Positions 27,112 through 32,000 of a DNA stretch of 32,000 nt are shown here, one piece after another (position 1 is the first letter of the stretch; each line of letters begins with the position of its first letter). Position numbers and translations under genes: made by a program. Source of the DNA: Candidatus Heimdallarchaeota archaeon (GTDB lineage: Archaea; Asgardarchaeota; Heimdallarchaeia; JABLTI01); assembly GCA_030614005.1 (NCBI GenBank), contig JAUWKS010000020.1, positions 22,034-54,033 of the forward strand. Reading direction: 5' to 3'. The notes under the pieces were generated by a model that saw only the letters and a program-made list of their open reading frames with translations, was not told the DNA's origin and did not search any database.

Positions 27112-27630
27112 TTATGTTTTCCAACTTGTAGAATGATACGATCGAACGATGGGATCAAAATTAATTAACAATTCCAAATCTTCAAAATCTACTTGACATA
27201 TTTTAAATCCCTTTATGCCACATTTATTCATTTTCTTTGAAAGTTTTCCTTCGTCAATAAGTGAATGAATATGATTAAGAGAATATCCACGGTTTAATTT
27301 TGTGTGGATTTTTAAGACAATTTGATTCCCCAATTTGCTTATAACTTTGAATATAAATTTAATTTGATTTGGTGAATGGGGTACCAATGAATTGCAATAG
27401 ACAATAAAATAATCATTGACTTTCACTTTTGCGAAATCCTGATTCTTCTTTATCGATTCGGCATCAATTTTAAATCGATTATGAAGTAAAACATCTTCAG
27501 CGAAAATTGGCTTACCAGTGGTTCCGTTAAACTTGCTGGGCACATAATTTTTTCGTGTGCTATCAACTTGTATTAGGAACGCATTTGTTCTCTGAAGTAA
27601 GCTCATCTTAATCACCATTAATTTCCACAT
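27112..27630 (-). CDS. hypothetical protein, possibly EVE/PUA-like domain
   Basis: The pattern KVKVNDYFIVYC..QIKFIFKV resembles EVE-domain (V/M)KxGDxxxxY strands; weak. Confidence 0.4.
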   Translation of the reverse strand: MWKLMVIKMSLLQRTNAFLIQVDSTRKNYVPSKFNGTTGKPIFAEDVLLHNRFKIDAESIKKNQDFAKVKVNDYFIVYCNSLVPHSPNQIKFIFKVISKLGNQIVLKIHTKLNRGYSLNHIHSLIDEGKLSKKMNKCGIKGFKICQVDFEDLELLINFDPIVRSYHSTSWKT

Positions 27631-27770
27631 AAAGGAGCTATTAATATTCTTCGATATCCTTCGTATTGTTTGGATAGTATGATTCTCAACAATGTCAATA
27701 TTCGTGTTTGAAAGGAAAGTTAAAAAAATAGAAAAGGAGTAAACTAGCTATTATTAAGGATTGAAGAACA

Positions 27771-28697
27771 ATGAACGATTCAATACAATTCTATTACTCA
27801 GATATGGCAGATGCATTATATTTCTTTGAATATCATGGCCCTCTTTACAAAAAAATAAAGTGGAAAGAACGAAATAAAGATGTGAAAGAACTTTACAAAA
27901 TTATTAGACAAATCAAATTTCCTAGATTAAAATTATTGTTACCTTGGGCGAGAACAAAAGCAGTTCTTCATAACTTAACAACACCAAAAAGCTTAACAAA
28001 ATATATTCAAAATAATCCTCCAAAAGGAAAATTCGCAGAAAAATGGATAGCTGAAATTGAAAAAATGACTGATATTTTTCAAGAGATCTTAAACCTCTAT
28101 ACTAAAAAAATATTGACCCCAGAAAAAAGAAAGGAACTTGAAAGCATCAGAGAAAAGATTGAAAAAAAATATTCCAAAATATGGGACAAATTAAAACGGG
28201 AAACTGAAATAACTCCAGGATTTACTTGGAAAAGAAAAGAGCCAAAAATCTGTTTGTTGTATCCAATAGATGGAAGATTATCACACAAATTAAAATACGC
28301 AGATATTGCTTTTATCGAAACTTCAGAGGTAATGATAAAGAATGAGAGTATGTTTTTACATGAAGTAATAAAACTACTAAATTATACTAGACCAATTTTT
28401 GCTTGGGTAAAACAAGATAGAAGAGGAATTCGAGCAATTGCTTATGAATTATTCACAGCAATGCAAACAAAGCTTTTAATTGAAAAAATATTCAAAAAAG
28501 AATCTAATTTTAATGTAATTGTGGAAAAACTTGACACTCTTTGGATACCATATATACGCCCTGGAACATCTTTTGATGAAGATGAACTCGAAAGAATTTT
28601 AGAAAATAGCTACGAATTAATCTCAAATGCAGAATTCGAACCTCTTTATCAGATAGGTGAGCTCTATACAGAAATAAATATTATTTTACTTGAATAA
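27771..28697 (+). CDS. hypothetical helical protein
   Basis: 308-aa uninterrupted ORF with coding-like composition; no family recognised. Confidence 0.65.
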   Translation: MNDSIQFYYSDMADALYFFEYHGPLYKKIKWKERNKDVKELYKIIRQIKFPRLKLLLPWARTKAVLHNLTTPKSLTKYIQNNPPKGKFAEKWIAEIEKMTDIFQEILNLYTKKILTPEKRKELESIREKIEKKYSKIWDKLKRETEITPGFTWKRKEPKICLLYPIDGRLSHKLKYADIAFIETSEVMIKNESMFLHEVIKLLNYTRPIFAWVKQDRRGIRAIAYELFTAMQTKLLIEKIFKKESNFNVIVEKLDTLWIPYIRPGTSFDEDELERILENSYELISNAEFEPLYQIGELYTEINIILLE

Positions 28698-28842
28698 TGC
28701 CAGAAAAAGTAATCCTAACCAGGGTTGCTTTTCAACTATTTTTAGCGATTTAATTAAACGATTATTTGATGAAAATTTGAGATGGTTTTTATAGTGATTC
28801 GCACTAAAGAATATTAGAAGATTAGCAAAGAGCGAAATCAAA

Positions 28843-29352
28843 TTGAAAAATACAAATTCACTTTATTGCCCGTACTGCGGTTCTGTTCAAGAGAATGCTA
28901 GCCGGTTTTGTAGCTCATGTGGTGCTGATATAAATGAAACTCCAGAGACTGAATCAACTGGAATCCGAATTATTGCTGAACGACCTATGAATTCTAATGA
29001 TTACCAACGATTAAACGCTTCTACAGCTGCTGCTGCTGGAAGTTATGCCTCAACAAGTCAAACTGCAGGTACATATGGAGCTCCTGTTTATAGCTCAACT
29101 CCTATAAGGACTAACAATAAGGATAATGCCACTGTTGCACTTGTCCTAGGAATTATTGGATTCGCCGTCAGTTGTTTTATTATTCCATTAGTTGGCCTTC
29201 ATTATGTTAGAAAAGCAGAAGAACAATATGAAGATCCACAAACGATTCAAATAGCTAAAGTATTGAATTGGATCCAATTGATTCTTATGTTATTTGGCAC
29301 AATATTTGTGTTCGGTTATTATGTATTCTTTTATGGGTTCTTGTATTTTTAA
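28843..29352 (+). CDS. Zn-ribbon / low-complexity linker / DUF4190-like two-TM protein (paralog 1)
   Basis: CPYCGS..FCSSCGAD, S/T/A/G-rich linker, ALVLGIIG..KAEEQYED..second TM helix. Confidence 0.7.
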   Translation: MKNTNSLYCPYCGSVQENASRFCSSCGADINETPETESTGIRIIAERPMNSNDYQRLNASTAAAAGSYASTSQTAGTYGAPVYSSTPIRTNNKDNATVALVLGIIGFAVSCFIIPLVGLHYVRKAEEQYEDPQTIQIAKVLNWIQLILMLFGTIFVFGYYVFFYGFLYF

Positions 29353-29464
29353 TTTAAAATGCAAGACCAAAGACTTTTTTTTATTGACCGATAGAAAAAA
29401 TTCTAATGGTTTATATACTAGTAATTTTATTATAAATCTAGATAGTGGAAAGAGTGCATCAAGC

Positions 29465-29962
29465 TTGAGCAATTCTGAAGCCAAAATTTGTTCTAAATGT
29501 GGTAAAAGACAGGAAGAAGAAAGTATTTTCTGTGGTTCATGTGGAGCAGATTTATCAAGAAAAACAGTTGGGCGATCCATTGATAATCGAACTCTGACTC
29601 ACAGACCACTAGAAAATGAGGAATTTAGTAGAAAAAATACATCAGCAAGTAAAATCGGAAGATTTACTCCAGGAAGCGAAAAATCCGGGAAATTTGATAG
29701 ATCAACTTTCACTGAAGCAACCTATACTCCAGTAAGAGAATATGTTACAAAAGCATTAATTTTAGCTATCATAGGTTTCTTCTTTAATTTACTTTTTATT
29801 CCAGCTTATTTTGGTTTTAAATTAGTAATAAAAGCGGAAGAAGAAAATGAGGATAGAATAATGATTTTAGTTACTAAAACTCTTCTTTGGATTCAACTTA
29901 TTGGTTGGGTAATTGCTATTCTTGGAATATTACTGAGGTACTTTATCTCCATTCTAATTTGA
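29465..29962 (+). CDS. Zn-ribbon / linker / DUF4190-like two-TM protein (paralog 2)
   Basis: CSKCG..FCGSCGAD, ALILAIIG..KAEEENED. Start moved to TTG 29465 (MSNSEAKIC) by analogy with the paralogs; the track start is 29294. Confidence 0.65.
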   Translation: MSNSEAKICSKCGKRQEEESIFCGSCGADLSRKTVGRSIDNRTLTHRPLENEEFSRKNTSASKIGRFTPGSEKSGKFDRSTFTEATYTPVREYVTKALILAIIGFFFNLLFIPAYFGFKLVIKAEEENEDRIMILVTKTLLWIQLIGWVIAILGILLRYFISILI

Positions 29963-30069
29963 GAAAAGTTTTCTAATAATTGTGATAATGATATTTAATT
30001 CAATAAAAAAAGAAGAAAATCAAAACAGTAAAATGAAAATAACAAAATTAAATAGAGGAGAAAAAATAG

Positions 30070-30558
30070 ATGAGTGAAAATGCAATTCATTGTCCGTTCT
30101 GCGGATCTTTAGTAGAATCAGGTAGCGAGTTTTGTCATAGCTGTGGAGCATCATTAGATGAATCACACAAAACTGAAAATTACGGTACAGGTTACGGAAC
30201 ACCAGCAACGCAAACTAGTGGCGGTTTTTCCGCTAGTGGCACTGCACCAACTCAATATACACCCCCTCAACAGGGACAAACATTTACTCAATATCCAAGA
30301 ACCCAAACAGTATATAAACCCCCAAGCCAACACCAACAATCACGTAGCAGCAGCTCTTCAGGAGCAATCGCTTTAGTCTTTGCTATTTTAGCTTGTGTTG
30401 GAGTTTTACCGTGTATTGGAAGCATAATTGCTATTGCAATCGGTTCCTCTGCTAAAAATGATGGAGATTCAATAGGCAGTATAGCTGTTGGACTTGGCTG
30501 GTTTTCAGTATGTTCTACTATAGCTATTATTTTTATAGTCTTCATGACTTCTTTTTAG
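30070..30558 (+). CDS. Zn-ribbon / linker / DUF4190-like two-TM protein (paralog 3)
   Basis: CPFCGS..FCHSCGAS, Q/T/P/G-rich linker, ALVFAIL..GSIIAIAIG..AVGLGW; GAGGAG SD. Confidence 0.7.
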   Translation: MSENAIHCPFCGSLVESGSEFCHSCGASLDESHKTENYGTGYGTPATQTSGGFSASGTAPTQYTPPQQGQTFTQYPRTQTVYKPPSQHQQSRSSSSSGAIALVFAILACVGVLPCIGSIIAIAIGSSAKNDGDSIGSIAVGLGWFSVCSTIAIIFIVFMTSF

Positions 30559-30570
30559 AAAAATCTGATA

Positions 30571-30595
30571 GAGGAGGACAATTAAACTCCTCCTC
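30571..30595. terminator. hairpin between convergent genes
   Basis: GAGGAGGA-N9-TCCTCCTC 8-bp stem in the 50-bp gap between stops at 30558 and 30609. Confidence 0.45.
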
Positions 30596-30608
30596 AAAAT
30601 TAATGTTT

Positions 30609-31259
30609 TTAAAACGCACTCTTAATTACAGGAAATAATTCAAATTGTTCTGATCCATCTGGAAATTCTATTCTCATAATATGTTTTCGTTGTTCGAGTG
30701 CTTGCACCGTATCATTAGCTTCTTCATTTGAAATTCTGAGATAATGTACAATATCATTTATTGACACTTTTCGTTTATATCTAATAAAAGATACTAATCT
30801 AGATTCTGGTGAATCAAAACCAAACTTTTTGTGTTGTTGTTGTTTTGAAGGGTAAGGTGCTGAAATAGAATTATCAGGTAAAGCAAATAATCTATTAACT
30901 GTTGGAGCAATTTTTTTGAACATATCAATTGGTATAGGACTATTACCGTTCTCAAGCAATTTCTTTCCAAACATCAAATTAAAATGCTCGGAGATTCTCA
31001 TCAATCTCTTATAGGTTAAGTTTGGATTTGAATCAATCGAAGTACTGGCTACGAAAATCAATTGATCGCTGATTTTGAATACAAAACGATTTTTATTTGT
31101 TTCAATCCATTTCATTTCAGCTCCAAATGAACCCACAAATGAATTAACAGCACTAAGAAAGCCACTTATCAAATTTTCATCATTAGTATTATCGTCGTAT
31201 TTCTTATGGAATAAACAAGTACCTGATATTTGCATAATCCATATTTGTTGCAAACTCAC
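30609..31259 (-). CDS. longin-domain protein with C-terminal winged-helix domain
   Basis: IWIM..SGTCLF....D.NLISGFLSAVNSF..MKWIE..RFVF..LIFV is the Asgard longin/roadblock-like signature. C-terminal RLVSFIR..VSINDIVHYL.IS..EANDTVQALEQRKHIMR fits a wHTH. Confidence 0.7.
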   Translation of the reverse strand: MSLQQIWIMQISGTCLFHKKYDDNTNDENLISGFLSAVNSFVGSFGAEMKWIETNKNRFVFKISDQLIFVASTSIDSNPNLTYKRLMRISEHFNLMFGKKLLENGNSPIPIDMFKKIAPTVNRLFALPDNSISAPYPSKQQQHKKFGFDSPESRLVSFIRYKRKVSINDIVHYLRISNEEANDTVQALEQRKHIMRIEFPDGSEQFELFPVIKSAF

Positions 31260-31437
31260 TAATTTTTCACCTTCACACTATCACTACTATCCGATTAACT
31301 GATATTGTTCAAATTTAAATTAAAATCAATGTAACATCTACATTATCTGAAAATAATATGCCATCCTTTTACTGTTTCCAATTGATTTTTTACTCGCATT
31401 TTGTGCAATTTAGAGCTTCAAGAACAATTATATATTG

Positions 31438-31485
31438 TTAAGGCGATATATTGATAGTACAATGTATGCTTAGGGCGATATATTG
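31438..31485 (+). promoter_or_regulatory. 16-bp direct repeat pair TTA(A/G)GGCGATATATTG, 32 bp apart, downstream of a TATA box
   Basis: Copies at 31438-31453 and 31470-31485 are 15/16 identical; TTATATAT lies at 31428-31435. Confidence 0.55.
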
Positions 31486-31523
31486 GGTCTATGGATAATT
31501 TAAGAAATAAAAAAATTACTAAG

Positions 31524-32000
31524 GTGATTAAAATATCATTAAGGAATTACGCAATAAGACGTTTTATTTATATCATCCCAACCTTGATAGGTATATCCAT
31601 ATTTAGTTTCATATTAATTGCTCTATCCCCAGGAGATCCTATTATGATTAGAATAGGGCTCTTCAAAGGAGAACAAAAAGAATATGAGGAATTGTACAAT
31701 CAAATTGGTGTTGATCTTGGATTAATTGAGTATAAAAATGATCAACCCCGCAATGTCAGTGTTGTTGTCCGTTATCTAAGATGGTTAGGATTTATGAAGA
31801 GACCAATTGAAGGTGAATATACCGATGAAGTCATTATTATTGATGATGCACCAGATATCAAAGTGCCTGTTTATAGACGAAGTGGAATTCTTCAAGGTGA
31901 TTTCGGCAGGTCCTGGCATTGGGTAGAAAGTGGTGTTGTTGGTAAACAAATTACAGATATTATCTTATCTAGAATGTGGTATACACTTTTCCTAACTACA
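31524..32000 (+). CDS. ABC transporter permease, DppB/OppB family (3'-truncated), absent from ORF track
   Basis: Hand translation: ..LRNYAIRRFIYIIPTLIGISIFSFILIALSPGDP..RYLRWLG..GILQGDFGRSW..ITDIILSRMWYTL; the frame is open to the window end. Confidence 0.9.
   Translation, partial: MIKISLRNYAIRRFIYIIPTLIGISIFSFILIALSPGDPIMIRIGLFKGEQKEYEELYNQIGVDLGLIEYKNDQPRNVSVVVRYLRWLGFMKRPIEGEYTDEVIIIDDAPDIKVPVYRRSGILQGDFGRSWHWVESGVVGKQITDIILSRMWYTLFLTT

Noticed and set aside
31524-31535. Non-canonical ATA start for the ABC permease (GGTGA SD, then ATA-TCA-TTA giving MSLRNY)
   Set aside because: An in-frame GTG at 31524 is an adequate start; this cannot be decided without proteomics.
1-32000. CRISPR array, IS element or prophage
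   Set aside because: No regularly spaced repeat-spacer units, terminal inverted repeats, transposase or viral hallmark genes were seen.

Overview
AT-rich archaeal chromosomal window, most consistent with an Asgard archaeon (Heimdallarchaeia-like). The assignment is inferred from a eukaryote-type topoisomerase IB, a longin-domain protein, eS1/S3Ae, RpoP, an archaeal initiator tRNA, and the conserved rps15-RecJ/GAN-pcc1-rps3ae block. No mobile element or CRISPR array is visible. The standout is the class III ribonucleotide reductase locus (4023-8051, minus strand). There a full-length NrdR repressor is fused in frame to NrdD, two tandem NrdR boxes 31 bp apart sit just downstream of a TATA box, and the C-terminal glycyl-radical segment is a separate 77-aa ORF that splits the Zn ribbon in two. 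A CxxC redoxin and NrdG follow. Other observations: an rpoP gene missed by the ORF track, candidate operators between glmS and a divergent HTH regulator, a second NrdR-box-like pair before an ABC permease, a PhzF-fold protein lacking catalytic residues, two disrupted genes, a 7TM protein with a Cys-rich tail, a tandem array of Zn-ribbon membrane proteins, and a longin-winged helix fusion. All assignments come from motif recognition by eye; no database searches were run.
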